DNA from: the human T2T-CHM13v2.0 reference genome, Homo sapiens
Strand: one strand, 5' to 3'
Length of the DNA stretch: 64,000 nt
NCBI RefSeq assembly: GCF_009914755.1
Contig: NC_060933.1
The notes beneath the pieces were generated by a model. That model saw only the letters and a program-made list of their open reading frames with translations. It was not told where the DNA came from and did not search any database. Shown in pieces: positions 33,373 to 48,860 of the stretch. Position 1 is the stretch's first letter, and each line of letters starts with the position of its first letter. The translations under genes were made by a program, and so were the position numbers.

Positions 33373-34354
33373 CCTCCATATGTACAATAAATATTATTGT
33401 GATTTTTAATCTTTTTTGTGGAGGAAACACAGGTGTGATTTCTAGTGTAGCTGAACATCGTTTATTTGACAATATTGCACTTGTGTGTGGGTGTGTGCGT
33501 GTGTAGCTACTCTTTAATTTTGTTCTCACATAATGATTAGATATTAACAATTAATTCAGTAAAATGTATGTTTTGCAATATTTCTCCATGTTATCATGCT
33601 TTAAATTAGTTTAATCATGGCCCTATAATGTGTACATTTTAACCTTTGACTATAGGTCTCAATCTTACTTTGGTTCCTGTATTTGAATTTATGCTAATAA
33701 AGTCCTACAGCTAAAAAAGATTATATAAACTTATCTACATTTTTACTAGTATTCTGGTGTCATTTTAAATTATGTAATGAAATCAAATTTTAATTTGGAT
33801 TATTGTTATCTGAGTTAAGGATGTAAATTTTTAATATTCTTATAAATATTACATAATTATTTCTGAACCATATATTGACTAATCTGCCCTTTATATGATG
33901 TGCATTATAAGAGCTTGGGATTGTTTCATTTGCAAAGATGAATGCTTGAGAAGTAGATATTTAATCATAACGTTTCAAAATCTATTGGATAACCTAGAAT
34001 TGAAAAATAGCCTATAGGTTGAAAAACTCCTGTAGTGAAGGAAGAAAATAACTAATATACAGTGACAATATAAATATTATAAGTATTTATTTTATTATCG
34101 CCCTGAAATTTGATAATACAAACATGTAATATCTACATATCATCCATATATCATGTCATAAAAAAAATCAATACATTCTTCAAAAATTTAGCATAACAGA
34201 AAATGAACTCTCTCTCCTTGATGGAATTAAGTTACAAATAAAAGTAAAAAATAAATAGATAAGTAGATGGAAGTAGATGTTTGAAAACAAAGAAAAATAC
34301 TTGTTTTGGATAACATAAAATCTCAATTGACAATTCCAATATTTCCAGAACTTT

Positions 34355-34550
34355 CCCTGTCAACTGGTGGAGAGTTTTCCCCAGGAGACATTTGTCAATG
34401 TCTAGTGTTATTGTGGGGATGTCAAGACTGGTGGAGGTGTGTAATTTAGAGGTCAAACGAAACACCTAGCATTGCTAGGGCAGCCTCCCACAGCAAAGAA
34501 TCCTCTGGTCCTAAAGGTAAGTAGCACCAAGGTTGAGAAACCATAATCTA
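34355..34550. mobile_element. MER20 (hAT-Charlie) DNA transposon relic
   Basis: CCCCAGGAGACATTTGTCAATGTCT...CCCACAGCAAAGAAT...CCAAGGTTGAGAAACC. Confidence 0.7.
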
Positions 34551-34649
34551 GACAGTAAACACTACGTAGCTATTCCAAGTGCTCAGGAAAACACATCAGT
34601 GCCCTTGGGGGGAAAAGTGTGAACATTTTAATTGCCGTACATGGTGACA

Positions 34650-35113
34650 CAAATCCATGTTGTTAATCTAAGTGGAAGGGGCTGAAGCACAAAATGTAAT
34701 TCAAAGAGTTTACTTGAGCCAAAATGAGGACAGCTGCCTGGAAGAAACAGACCCAAGTATCCTTGGATATGAACTCCCTTTGGAGCTTTGCAACAAGCAG
34801 TTTCTTAAAGGCAAAAAAGCGTCCAGAAGTGGGATGATGCAAATAGGTTTGTCACAAATTCTCATTGGCTTATGGAAATAGCATTTATTAGTGACTGGCT
34901 ATACACTGTTACACTATTATTGGGTGTGGATTATACTATCTGGTGTGGCGTTATTGGTTAATTAATAGCTACTGTGGCAACAGCAAGCAGCCTAGATGAA
35001 CACACAGCTCAAAGAGGAGCAGGACAGAACTGCTGTCTCATTTGAATATCTCTCTGGGCCTGATTATTTAAAAGGACTTGCATTTCTCACATGAAAGTTA
35101 TTTTCTTTTCTCA
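34650..35113 (-). mobile_element. ERV1 (MER4-group) solo LTR
   Basis: AGAGTTTACTTGAGCCAAAATGAGGACAGC...AAAGGACTTGCATTTCTCAC; related to 14882-15342. Confidence 0.55.
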
Positions 35114-35271
35114 ATGTCCATAAATGAGAATAAATAGACGTAAAAGAGATCTTTTCGAGGATGAAGTAAATGGAATGAAAAACAAAACCCAAGCTGAACA
35201 GAAATCATAGAGGGAAGAAAAGGTTATAAATATATGGATTTGTCAGAGTGATTTTAAGCTATTAGGAATCA

Positions 35272-35841
35272 GTTAAATGTTTTGGGATTTTGTCTGAGAA
35301 TGGGCTAAAGGAGAATGTCCCTTTTGCCTTCTGAAGTTTCCCTGAAAATCACTAATAGGAGGCAGATAAATAGTAGAAAAGGCATACAGGTTTCTGCAAT
35401 GTGTGTACACTGGAGCCCTTAGAACGAAGACCCAGACACACGATGCGTGCAGAAGCTTATCTACCACATGAAGTTTACAGAAAGAATGGGGTCTTGGATC
35501 ACAGGAAAAAAAAAAAGGTTATGTGAGAAAACGACCCTGGCTAGCAACAGTGGACTTATTACATAGGTGAAACCTCACTGGGAGCAGTCCTCAGAGAGAA
35601 TAGACAGAAAATGTTTCTTTCAGACCTTTGGAGACCTCAGATGCTCAGTTAACCTTTCCTAGATCCAGACAAGGGGGCAGACCTCAGAGAAAGCCTGGCT
35701 GCATCAAGGCAGATTCTCTACCGATGCAAATCTCCCCAAGACAGCTTTGCAGCTAAGTTTGCATTCCCAGCCCTTCTCAATAGCCATTTTGAAATATATC
35801 AAGGAAATATATTTAGGGGTAAAATATATTAGTTTCCTTCA
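35272..35841 (-). mobile_element. ERV1 (MER4-group) solo LTR
   Basis: GATGCAAATCTCCCCAAGACAGCTTTGCAG...GAAATATATTTAGGGGTAAAATATATTAGTTTCCTTCA terminus. Confidence 0.6.
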
Positions 35842-37799
35842 TACAGCTATAAAACATACAGGAATAATTTTTGTCAATGTCTACTACAAATCCAATGTAG
35901 CAGTAATTATAAAACCCACCAGATATTGAAGAAAAAATATGTAGAGTACATCAATTACAAATGTTGATACTAAAATGCCAAATAAAATAAAAATAATATC
36001 CAACAATGTTTGAAACAGTAAGACAAGAAATTGGCAAAAAAAATAAAACAAATATCCACCTTGGGGATGAAAGTGTGTTTCCAAATTTGGTAATCCAATA
36101 ATATTAATAATAATATTGATTAGCCTAAATTAAAAATAAATAGGGGATTCTCAGTACATGCTAAAATATATTTGTTAAAAGGCAATATTCATGTCTGTAA
36201 AGATTTTAAATGCTGTAAAGAGTCTGATATTCTATATGCAAACATGTGTATGTCCATTAGAAGAGAGGCCTGATTTTCATATGTTACTACATAGAGATAG
36301 AGAAGTGGATAGATTAATTTGCATATGCATAGAGAAAGCATAAAATAGAAATTTACTGTCATATTAAAGGAATTTTAATTCAACAATAAAATAATTCAAA
36401 GGTAAAATTTTAAATATTTTTAACAGGTACATTATTAATATTAGATAATATTTATGATAATTGTGAAAATATTCAATGCTAAAATAAGATACAATGTCTA
36501 AACATCAGTATTAAAACTAGTATAAATATTTGCTTGTTTATACAAGGAAAATTCAAGCTCGACCTAAAATTATATAGGAAATGAAAGAAAAATTTTAAGG
36601 GAGCTCTTTAATAACATAAACATATATATATACACACACACATATATAGCATGTATATATGTTATATGGGATAGATATAGATTTAACATGTTATATCTAT
36701 ATTTGTATCTATAACTACAGCTGTATGTATCTACATTTCTATATATTTACTCAGTGATATAAATATAGACTGGAATAAATATAAAGACACATATTATTCT
36801 TGGATAAAAAGGATTTAGTATCATAAAGACAAATTATTTCCAAATTCACTTATGAATTCACAACAATATACAGTTTCATTAGTATAATTTAAAATTTTTA
36901 AATAAATTCCAAGATTCATTTAAAGGAATATACATGTATACAAGCAGTCAAGAAAGAAGCAAGAGTGCACTAAAGTAACTTGCTATTGAAATACATTTTT
37001 AAACTTAGTAACTAAAACTGAGCAGTACTGATTTGGAGTACTGGAATTTAGGTATATGGGATCTCAAAAGCACAGAGCTCAAAGGAGACCCCTGTATGCA
37101 CGAGAGCTTAGGATGTGCTTTGGAAGGCATTACCAAACCACGGGCAAAGTTACTTTAGTTTCTTAGTCTTACTAGGTTTGAAAAGCCAGAGAAAAGACTC
37201 AAGACCACCATATAAGAGCAAAACAAAAGGACAGGGAGAGAATGTGAAGATACTGAAACTTTTACATAAAGTTGTATAAAATATCCTTTAAAGAAAATGT
37301 AAAGTTTAGGATATACATCAAAATCAGCAGAGCCACTAAATAAATAAATAGGCATTGTAAAATAGCAAGAGAAAATTTAAATGGATTTCTAAAAAATATT
37401 GACACCTATGATTTTTAAAATATGTTTAAGATATCCCGTATTTCACAGGGCAGCCTTTCACAACACAGATATGTTAGGACATAAAGGTTCTTCTGTTTTT
37501 AATTTACTAGTGTTTATAGGGTTACAAATGTCTTCTACCCTTGTCTTTTGTCTGATGGTGCAAAAAATTTTCATAAGCATGTATTTCTGAATGCCTGATG
37601 GATTGACATATATAATATGCTGCTAGTATTAAAATATGTGACGGAAAACGCATCCAATCTTCTCACTGTTTACATAAATTCTAGGTTTCTCCTATTTACC
37701 TCAAGCACGTATGGAGCGAATTCTTACCTTTTAATATTGCCATGGCATTCACATTGAACATAAGTTGAACTCTCTCATATGGTAGCTGGGTTCAGATTC

Positions 37800-38690
37800 C
37801 CTTGACAATTTCCAATTCTAACCCTCACAGTTCCTCAGTGTGGCTGGCCTAGATATTGACCCTACACAGTTGCCTCCTCCTGGTGACTACCAGCTATGGA
37901 ACCGTTGGATACAACCTACCTGACTCACCCCACAGACCTCACAGCGCACATGGACAGACCCCACACGCCAGAGTGACCTGCTCGGTTGCAGCGGGAGTCA
38001 AGAAATGTGCCTGCTGGCACTCACCCCACAGACTAGTGCCCCGTGGAAAACTTATTTGGGTAATGTTCTGGGCCGAATAAAGGCTGGAGTCCCACAGACC
38101 CCTTTTCTCTCTCCTGCTCCCCACTCATCTTCCCCATTTTGTTCAGCCCTATGAGGTGTGCTACTGTATTAGTCCGTTTTCACACTGCTGGTAAAGACAT
38201 GCCCAAGACTGTGTAATTTCCAGAAGAAAGAGTTTTAATAGACGCACAGTTCCACATGGCTGGGTAGGCCTCACAATCATGGTGCAAGGTGAAAGGCAAG
38301 TCTCACATGGCAGCAGACAAGACAAGAGAGCTTGTGCAGGGAAACTCCCCTTTATAAAACCATCAGATCTTGTGAGACTTATTCACTATCAGAAGAACAG
38401 CATGGGAAAGACCTGCCCCCATGATTCAATTACCTCCCACCTGTTCCCTCCCACAACATGTGGGAATTCAAGATGAGATTTGGCTGGGGACACAGCTAAA
38501 CCCTCTTCTCAGCTACCCTCTTCTCTCTGGATCTGTGAGTAATAAACCTACTTCTGTGATTTCCCATGTTTGGTTCTGTGGCCTCCATGGGTCTGAGCTG
38601 ACCTACACTGGAACCTAACTCTCCTCCTGGCCAGGGTCTCTGAGAGTGGCTCTTGTCAGAAATACACAGGACACAGGTCAGGCAACAGTC
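37800..38690 (+). mobile_element. Old ERVL-type LTR (MER73/74-like), split by a THE1
   Basis: LTR-like sequence on both sides of the THE1, with AATAAA at ~38076 and ~38541; family assignment uncertain. Confidence 0.4.
38165..38502 (-). mobile_element. THE1A MaLR solo LTR
   Basis: TGTATTAGTCCGTTTTCACACTGCTG...GAGAGCTTGTGCAGGGAAACTCCCC...GATGAGATTTGGCTGGGGACACAGC. Confidence 0.9.
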
Positions 38691-40083
38691 ACCAGGCATC
38701 TCCTAGTCTCAACAGATGTTCTGTGAGAGGGAGGCCTGGTCGTGGGATGCACATCTGGCCACTGCTGGTGTAAGGAAGTGTCCTGTGAAAGGCACATGTT
38801 AAGCATCCACAACCCCCTGACCAGAACCCCAGAAAGGCAGGGCTCCAATTGACAGTCACTCTCCAGAGACAAACCTCAAGCCCTAACTGGAGGAAAAGAA
38901 AACAATGTAAAAAGTTGAATTTATCTTACTATTTCAATGATCCAGTAAAGACATTCTATGCCTGTACACCACATATTTTCTTCGATTGTGGATTTATTTT
39001 AGATAGAATTTTATGTCTGGCTTTCACTTTAGCCTGGTCCCTACCTCAAGCATAAGGTAAAGATTTTCCATGGGTTCTTCTCTGGTACTACTATCTGCCA
39101 GTGTGGGGTCATGTCCTAGTCTATCTTGAGGGAATCCCCCTGTTCATTATTGTCAGAGTGAGACTGTTAAGTCTTGATTTCCCTGGACAACTTCACTGCA
39201 TAACTTTTAATATGATTTTTTAATATTCCCTTTACTGGACAATAAATTATATAGTTATCTGAGTAAGAGATATGGTCAGGAAGAGGCATTGCCTCATTCA
39301 GCTTTTCTCTTTGGTGAACTCGCATATGTTCTCCTCACCCGCCAGTCACCTCTAAACCGTATTGTTCCAAGACAACAAAGAGAACTCGAGTGTGTATCTT
39401 TCACCACTGGATTTGTGTTTGCTCCATAAAGCTTCATGCTTAATAGGGTTTCTGTTAGCATTTTCTCTGTTTATTTTCCCATAAAATATCACAGGCCTTT
39501 TTCATATGGAATTATGGGTGATTTCCTTCAATTTGCATCATATCAAGTTGAGGTTCATGTTGATGAAAAGTAAAACATACATTGAAAATATCAGTAATGA
39601 TGTTTTCCCCTCCTTTTTAGCACACGTGCTTGTGATACAAGCACATTTTAATACAACTGTAGTCTCATGCTTTGATCATTCCTATGATGAAAATAACATT
39701 TTTAGATAAAATATCTGAGTTTTATGAGGCCTTTAGTATGTGATGTGATAGAATATCAGAAGACCATACTTTTTTCTAGTTTTCTGTGCAATTCTATCAT
39801 TGTTTCATCTTTACTCCTACCAGAGTAATTTTCCAAAATAGATATCTTGTCATTCTTCCTCTTGTTATCAGTAAATAAGTGAAATGAAAAGCTAGATTAT
39901 ATAATTTATCTAGAACAAGAAAGTAGAATTGAATCTACATTCATTAATGAGACTAACCAGTCAATTACACAGATAAGCATTTTACATGTTGAAGATCATA
40001 TGGAACCATTGTCAGAAATATTATTATTTATGTCTATATGGACATCACCTGTACATATTTACATAGAAATCAATGAGAGCTGA

Positions 40084-40394
<311 letters not shown>

Positions 40395-41382
40395 GGAAGC
40401 TGATTTTTAAAATACTGAGATCATATACATGACAACACCTGAAAAATAGACAACACCAAGCTTTATGTTAAAAGGTGTGAGGGTATCAATATTGTTGTGG
40501 CTATTGGGGAGGAAAACATTAGTAAAACCAGTGAGTTAAAGCTGTTGCTTTAAACTTTGGCTTTAATTTAACAAATGTTCTATGGAGTGACAGTATGTAT
40601 GTAACCATGCTATGCCCATTCACAGATGCAGTAGAGGGAAGAATTTCTCAAAGACAACTGTTCTAAGACTCAAATTAAACTGTACTGGGTTTGAAAAGAG
40701 AAATTCCAGGTATTACCAAATATTTTAGATATCAGATAAAAGAGAATGCCAGATATGCGATGATAATCAGCAATGGTTGTTCACACAATACATCAAATCA
40801 GTATTTGAATTAGCTTTTGAATTACAAGGACAAATGGACCAAGTCTAGACTCCTTAGTAGATAAATCTTATTAGGCTGAGATGTGTTTTCCCCTGTTTTT
40901 CCACAAGGAGATTACAAATTTGCAAACCTCAGCTGCTCTCATTTTATGCTCTCACCAAGCTAAAGCTGAAGTTCATCAATCAGTGTGTCTAAGTGTTCAC
41001 TGGTTATATACCATTTTGTAGTTTCAGCTATCTTTCCAACTTCCTAAATCATCACCTTCATTTGATCTTGTTTTTTTCCACTATCACTTCTTTATTGACC
41101 ATATAAAGAATATAAGTGAGTTCTTATTTTGTTATTGTTCATTTTAGTCTAATTTCATCAAAATATCACAATCTTTTAATTTCATTTTAATTTCAAAGAT
41201 TAAATGAAACCTACATAGAAATGTGTGTAAGATTTGCATTTGCATTATTTTGGCATCAATTTGCTATCCTCCCTCATGCACACAGAAATCATTTCCACGT
41301 ATGTGATTTCAAACATCCAAGTGCAGTATTAAAAGCAGTTGTAAATTATGGTTCTCATTTTCATGATACAATTATAATATAA

Positions 41383-42194
<812 letters not shown>

Positions 42195-42282
42195 AGACAT
42201 AATCTATTTACCTGCAGATTAAAGCGTTCTTTATTTTTCTGTCTCCCTCTCTTAATTTTTTAAAAATAATATGAATTGTAGT

Positions 42283-42907
42283 AAAGAGAAAGAAAAGAAA
42301 ACAAAGAAAGAAAAAGAAGGAAGGAAATAAAGAAAGAAGAAAGAAAAGAAGGAGGAGATGAGGGAAGGAAGGGAGGGAGGGAGGAAGGGAGAAAGGCAGG
42401 AAGGGAGAAAAAAGAAAACATGAACACAAGAAAGAAAGAGGGAAGGAAAGAAAAGAAAGAAAGAAACAGAAAGGAAGAGAGAAAGAGAGAAAGAAAGAAA
42501 GGAGGAAGGGAGGAAGAAAAGGAGGAAGAGAGAATGGTAAAAGGGAGGAAGGCAAAGAAACAAAGAAAATAAAGAGGCGAAGGAAGGAAGGAAAAAGAGG
42601 AAAGGAAGGGAGGGAGGAAGGAAGAAAAGGAGGGCGGGAGGAAGGGAGAAAAAAGGAAAGAAAGCAAGAACGTGAGAAAGAAAGAAAGAATACGAGAAAA
42701 GAAGGAAGAAAAGGGAGGGAGAAAGGAAGGGAGGGAGGAGGGAAGGAAGAATAAGAGGAAAGAAAGAAAGAAGGAAAGAAGGAAGGAGAAAAAAGAAAAG
42801 AAAGAAAGGAAAAGAAAAAAGAAAAGAAAAGGAAGAGGAAAAGAAGAAAGGAAGGAAGAAGGCAAGGGAAGGGAAGAGAAGACAAAGGAAGATGGAAAGA
42901 AGGAAGA
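42283..42907 (+). repeat. GA-rich polypurine low-complexity tract (~620 bp)
   Basis: Mixed (GAAA)n/(GGAA)n/(GGGA)n, almost all purines on the + strand. Confidence 0.95.
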
Positions 42908-43831
42908 CCGCAAACATTAGAAATTCTGTGTTTGTTAGAGAATATGCCATACTGTTTTTTTTTCACTTGAAAGGAAAGAGCATCTGCCATTGAAGATTGG
43001 ATGTCTTGTTGGTGATATTGTTGTTCTTATCTTCCACATGATTACTGAGTTTGTGCCTAGTCTTTCCATTACTAAGACAAAAGTGTTGAAGTCTGCAAAT
43101 ATAATTTTGGATTTTTCTAGTTCACCTTTGATTTCTTTCATGTTTTACCTCACGTATTTGGAGGCTCTGTTGTTAGCTGCATACCCTAATTAGTAGGATG
43201 TTTACATCTTCTTGAGAATTGATTATTCTATTATCTATTATCTCTCATCTCTGATACTATTTCTTGTTCCGAACTCTGTTGTGTCTAATATCAATGTAGT
43301 CCTTCCACAGCCTTATTTTAGTGTTTCCATGATATGGCTTTCTCCATATCTTGATGATAACCTATTTATATCTCTATATATTTGGAGCAAGATATAAAAT
43401 TTAGACTTGATTTTTTAAAGATTTTTCAAGATGGAATTCTTATTTCTTTTTGTTCTATTTGACATTCTCTGAGTTTCCTATATCTGAAGTTTGATTTTCT
43501 GTCACTTCTTTTAGAATATTTTTGGCAGTTATTTTGAAATATATTTCTTTTGCTCCATTATTTTTTCCTCTTTTCTTTTTGGGATTTCAATCATAACTAG
43601 AGTAGGCAATTTCATCTCAGTCTTATGCAGGTACATTTTCTCAGGGTCTCAGGAATGTAGCCTTCTCACACTTCTGTTCTTTTCCTGGCTGTGTTGGTGA
43701 GCTCAGTGATATTCCTCCTTCACCTTTAAGAGCAGTTTTGTTTTGTTTTTCCTGTTTTCATACTCCCAGCATCAGGAGTATTCTAAGTGTGGCAGTTTTT
43801 GTTGCCTTCCCCTACATATTAAGTGGAATAT

Positions 43832-44110
43832 CTTGGTCTATTTGGACCCTTATAACAAAATAACATAAACTGGGTGACTCAAAAACAACAGATATTTCTT
43901 TTTTCACACTTCTTGAGGCTGTAAGATCTCAGGTCAAGATGCTCACAAATTCAGTGTTGATGAGAGCCCATTTCATGGATCATAGATGGTGCCTTCTTTC
44001 TATGTCCTCACACAGTGGAAGTCACACAAGAACTCCATTGAGCTTCTTTTATAAAGGCACTAATCCCATTCATAAGGGCTCGGCCCCCAAGACCTGGTCA
44101 CCTCCCAAGT
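43832..44110 (-). mobile_element. MLT1A-like MaLR LTR fragment
   Basis: ATAACAAAATAACATAAACTGGGTG...CTTTTATAAAGGCACTAATCCCATTCAT. Confidence 0.75.
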
Positions 44111-44939
44111 GTTCTGCTCTCCCTGATCTGTGTCATATACAGACTCTCTTGGATTCCTTACCAATTGCTTGAGAGATCACAGTGGGTTTGTGGGGAAAAA
44201 GTTTTCAAGATGATGGATCTTTCCCAACTTCTGCAACTGTCAGCGGTCTCCCAATCTCACCAGCCCCACTTTGTCTTTAGGAATTTATTGATTATTCCAG
44301 CTTTACTTGTCATAGTGGTGTCTATTTGCATCTGTCCTACGTAAGTGCATCTGTCCTCTTTCTCCTTGCAGGTGCTTGTTTTCCCTCACATTTTGACTCA
44401 GTTCTTGGCAACCTGGTTGCTCTAAAAATAAAGTCATGACTTTGAAGTTAGTTTGGTTCTTTCATTGTTGTCAGGTTAGGAACCCTATTCCATCCCAGAT
44501 CTCCAAAACCCAGACTTTTTGGGGGGTTGAAATGTTAGGCTTTCTCTTTGAATTGTAGTTTTATCTTCTTTCAGTTACCATTTGCATTTTCATAATGATT
44601 AATGATACTAAGCTTTTTTTGTGTAGTTGACTGTACCTTTGGATTTTTTTCCCAAATACCTTTTTATTTCTTCTTTCCTTTATGGTTTTAGAAAATGTAG
44701 TTTACATAATTGCAGCTTGATTTGTTACTCAGTTAATGGCATGCTTAATGGAGAGAAAAAATATTAAATATATTTCCCTTTTTAATTACTGTGCTTTTTT
44801 CTTTTTTAAGGAAATGTTTCATTATGTTAAATTTCAATGTTATTCTACTTAGCTATTCCTTAAATATTATAATATTTTGGATTTCACATGTACATTTGTA
44901 ACATATCTTGAGTTTATTATGTATAGAGTAAGGCTATTT

Positions 44940-45390
44940 TCTTTTTTAAGGTAAAAATCACATAATATAAAATTAATAACAACCATTTTAAAGCATACAA
45001 TGCACTTGCTTTTAGTATATTCACAATGTTCCAGGGCAATTTCATCATGTCCCTTCCAAAAACCCATTATGCATAAAGTTGTTACACCCTATTCTGCTTC
45101 CCTGAGCCCTAACGACCACTAATCTAATTTATATCCCAATTGATTTGCCAATTCCTGATGTTTCATGTGAATAAAATCAAGTAATATTTGTCCTTTTGTG
45201 CACTTAACATAATGCTTTCAAATTTCACCCATATTATAACATATATAAGTACTTCATTCTTTGTTATAGCTGAAAATTGGGTGTCCATTTATGAGTCAAC
45301 AAGCGTATGGATTGTTTCCACTTTTTGACTGTATGAATATTACTGCTGTAAATATTCATGCACATGTTTATTTTTTGAGCACCTATGTTT
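44940..45390 (-). mobile_element. Old L1M 3' end, antisense
   Basis: GGATTGTTTCCACTTTTTGACTGTATGAATATTACTGCTGTAAATATTCATGCACATG. Confidence 0.7.
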
Positions 45391-46855
45391 TGTAAGATTA
45401 ACAGCTGACTTAAGAGAAACAATGGAAGGCAAGAGGCAGTAGAATAATATATTCAAAAGATGCAAAGGAAAAAAAACTCTCGGCCACGAATTCCTTATCC
45501 AGCAATTATTTTTCAAAAATGAAGATAACACAAAGACTTACCCAGATAAACAGAAATATTAACTGAAGTTGTTGTTGGCAGACCTACCACATTAAAAAAA
45601 ACGCTAAAATAAATTCCTAAGGCTAAAAGCAAGTCACAGAAGACAGTCACTTGAATCCACATTTTTAAAAAAGTACTGGTATAGGTAACATTGACATTAT
45701 AAAAGACAGTAAAAATGCATTTTTTCTCTTTATCATAAATTGTTTATTAAATAACATGTGTATAATGGCCGGGCACGATGGCTCACACCTGTAATCTGAG
45801 CACTTTGGGAGGCCAAGGCGGGCGTATTACAAGGCCAGGAGATCGAGACCATCCTGGCTAACACAGTGAAACCCCGTTTCTACTAAAAATACAAAAAATG
45901 AGCCGGGCGTGATGGCGGGCGCCTGTAGTCCCAGCTACTCGGGAGGCTGAAGCAGAAAAATGGCATGAAGCCGGGAAATGGAGCTTGCAGTGAGCGGAGA
46001 TTGTGCCACGCACTCCAGCCTGGGTGACAGAGGGAGACTCCGTCTCAATGATAATAATAATAATATGTGTATAATGTATTGCTGAGTTTTTGACATGTAG
46101 AAATGTAATACGTCTATAACATATTTTCCAGTAACATCAAAAAGGAGGTAGTTGGAAGAAAAATGTATTGTGATAAGGTAATCACTCTAGATGGTAAAGT
46201 AATAATTACTAAAATGTATTGTTGGCTTTGTAACTTTAATAGATGTAATGTGTAAAGTGATAATACTTTAAAATGGAGGAAATAAAAGAGATTTATATAA
46301 GAATGATGTTTCTATGTATTACCAGAAGTTTACTAGTATAAATTGGAAGATGATTTGAATAATTAATTTTCCATATACCTATATGGTAAACTTACAACGA
46401 CAACAAAAATTCTCAAAAATATATAATAAAATAATTCATTAGTAATCTAAAGTTCCCTATTTTAGAAAATATTCTTTCATTGCAAAATAAAGCAATAAAG
46501 AAAAATATTTGAGAAATATATAAAACAAACGGTAAAATGGCAGACATAAATAGAATTATACCAATTATAATCTTAAATGTGAGCAGATTAAAATCCATTC
46601 CAGAGGCAGAGATAGTCAGACTGGATTAAAACAAGTGATCCCAATATACGCTGAGATGCAAGGATACTAATGGATTGAAAGTAAAAAGATGACAAAAAAT
46701 ATCATGCAAAGAGCAATCATAAGAACACTGAACTCATTATACTCATAACACACAACATAGACTATTAAAAATGTGAATAGGATTTTAAAAATTATATTGT
46801 AGTAAAACGGGGGTCAACGCTTTAGGAAGACATAGCTATTACAATCATGTATGCA
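45391..46855 (+). mobile_element. Old L1M ORF1 end and ORF2 start, sense, carrying an AluY insertion
   Basis: GAAACAATGGAAGGCAAGAGGCAGTAGAATAATATATTCAAA; GGCAGAGATAGTCAGACTGGATTAAAA. Confidence 0.65.
45767..46063 (+). mobile_element. AluY
   Basis: GAGATCGAGACCATCCTGGCTAACAC; GAGCTTGCAGTGAGC; TSD ATGTGTATAAT on both sides. Confidence 0.93.
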
Positions 46856-46857
46856 CA

Positions 46858-47283
46858 GATATGAGCTAAATTGTTTCCTTTATATAGATGCTGAAATTCT
46901 AACCACTGAATATGACCTCATTAGGAAATAGGTTCTTTGCAGCTGATCAAGTTAAGATACAATCAGATGAGCCTGAATTCAATATGACTGATGTCCTTAT
47001 TAAAAGAAGAGATTTGAGTAGAGGGAGACATACACACAGGGAGAGTACCATGTGATTATGAGGACAGAGATTAGCCAAGGAATGCCAAAGACTGCCACTA
47101 AACCATCAGAAGCGAGAAACAAGGCACAGAACAGGCTTTCTCTCATAGCCCTTGAAGGGACCATCCCTGCTGACCCCTCAATCTCAGACTTTTAGCTTCC
47201 AGGACTATAAGACTATAAATGTATGTTGTTCATGGCACCCAGTTTGTGTTACTTGGTTATGGCAGCCCTAGGAAACTAATACA
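46858..47283 (+). mobile_element. MLT1B/C-like MaLR solo LTR
   Basis: GGAAATAGGTTCTTTGCAG...AGCCAAGGAATGCCAAAGA...GCAGCCCTAGGAAACTAATACA terminus. Confidence 0.8.
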
Positions 47284-47329
47284 TGAACTAATAACAAAGC
47301 ATAATAACATGAAGCAAAAATTGACAAAA

Positions 47330-48860
47330 GAGGAGCATCAGCAAAATGGCAGTGGAGACAGCTGCAATCTTTCATTTCCCCACAGAAACATCACACAACT
47401 AAGAGAAACTGTCCAAATAAACTTTGCCAAAACTCTGGAAAACAGTCAAAAGATTACAACAACCGAGTGAAAGCAGACTCAAGAAAAAGACAACTTGAAA
47501 ACTTTATGACATTTTTAGCTTGCCTTTGCCCCAGCAAATTGGCAGTTTTGAAGTGTCAGAAGCCCACGTTCCCAGTGAGGAACACTGGTCCATGGTCCAA
47601 AGGAACAAGAGAAGATCTTACCCGCAAATTACTATGTGTCTGTTCTGACTGGTCTGGGGGATACCTAAAGGACTCATGAAAGGCTTTTGTTTTTCTGTGT
47701 TGCTAGAATACAGAACAGATAAGGAATGGACATTATCAAGGAACTCTGCAAGGAGACCTAACAAACCACAGATGCTTAGGGCAAAAATTAGAGTTTACAC
47801 ATATAGTAGATCACCTTCAGCACAGGAAGAAAAGTTGGAGAAGAGTATTTGGAAAACTAAGACATTCAAAATTATTCACGTACATGGGAGAGTCTAGAAA
47901 GTCACATGTATGCATAGGTTAAGCCACATGCTGACAAATGTCATAAGAAGACCCTACACTTTTACCTTGGCCGATCCCTCCCCTCAGTGCAAGCTCTGTG
48001 CAAGAGTGAACTTGAACTTCACTCAGTGCAAGAGTGAACACACACTTTGTGCCGGCTTTAAAGAACCCAGCACAAAGCCAGTCTGCATGGCCTAGAAGCA
48101 TATTTTGCTGGACAATGATTACTTGTTTTTCTTTTTGTTTTTGTTGTATTTGCCTCTTTGCTTACTTCCTGACATACAAGAAAATCACTGTCAAAACAAT
48201 AGCTTAACATTTGTTAAGGAAACAAAAAGACTTCGGTGACCACACCTTATAAAGCAAACAGTTTTGTAAATCACTTTGGAAAATTTCACTAAAAAAAAAA
48301 TCCTTAACAATATAATAAGTAAAGAAAATTTAAAACCCCAAAACATTACTGTGTTTGTAGGGGAGGGTCTGATTTACAGAGTAACCACATAGTAATTATA
48401 ATTATTATAATGCCCAGTTTTCAAAAAAAGTTACAAGGCATACAAAGAACGGGAAAGTATGGCTCATTCAAAGGAACAAAACAAACTGACAGAAAATATC
48501 TCTAAGGAAACCCAGACTTCAAACTTACTAGACAAAGACTTTAAAACAACTCTCTTAATTATACTCAAATGTCGCAAGGAAAGCATAAACAAAGAAATAA
48601 AGGATTCAGAAAAAATATTAAAAAGTAGGAATATCAACAGAGATAGCAGAAATTCTGGAGTGGAAAACTACAATGATAAAAATTTAAAAATCACCAGAGG
48701 GATTTAAGAGTATATTTGCACACACAGAGGAAGTCATGAGCTTGAAGATAAGAAAATGGAAAATATTGACTCTGAGAAACAGATAAAAAATGAGCAGAGA
48801 CTAAGGAATCTGTGGGACATCATCAAATAGACCAACGTTCATATTCTAGAAGGATAAATT
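47330..48860 (+). mobile_element. Old L1M 5' UTR/ORF1 remnant
   Basis: ORF 48459-48707 MAHSKEQNK...LLDKDFKT resembles ancestral L1 ORF1; GGAATCTGTGGGACATCATCAA. Confidence 0.6.

Noticed and set aside
42208-42990. ORFs of 217-260 aa rich in F/L/S/P
   Set aside because: Translation of the pyrimidine strand of a GA low-complexity tract.
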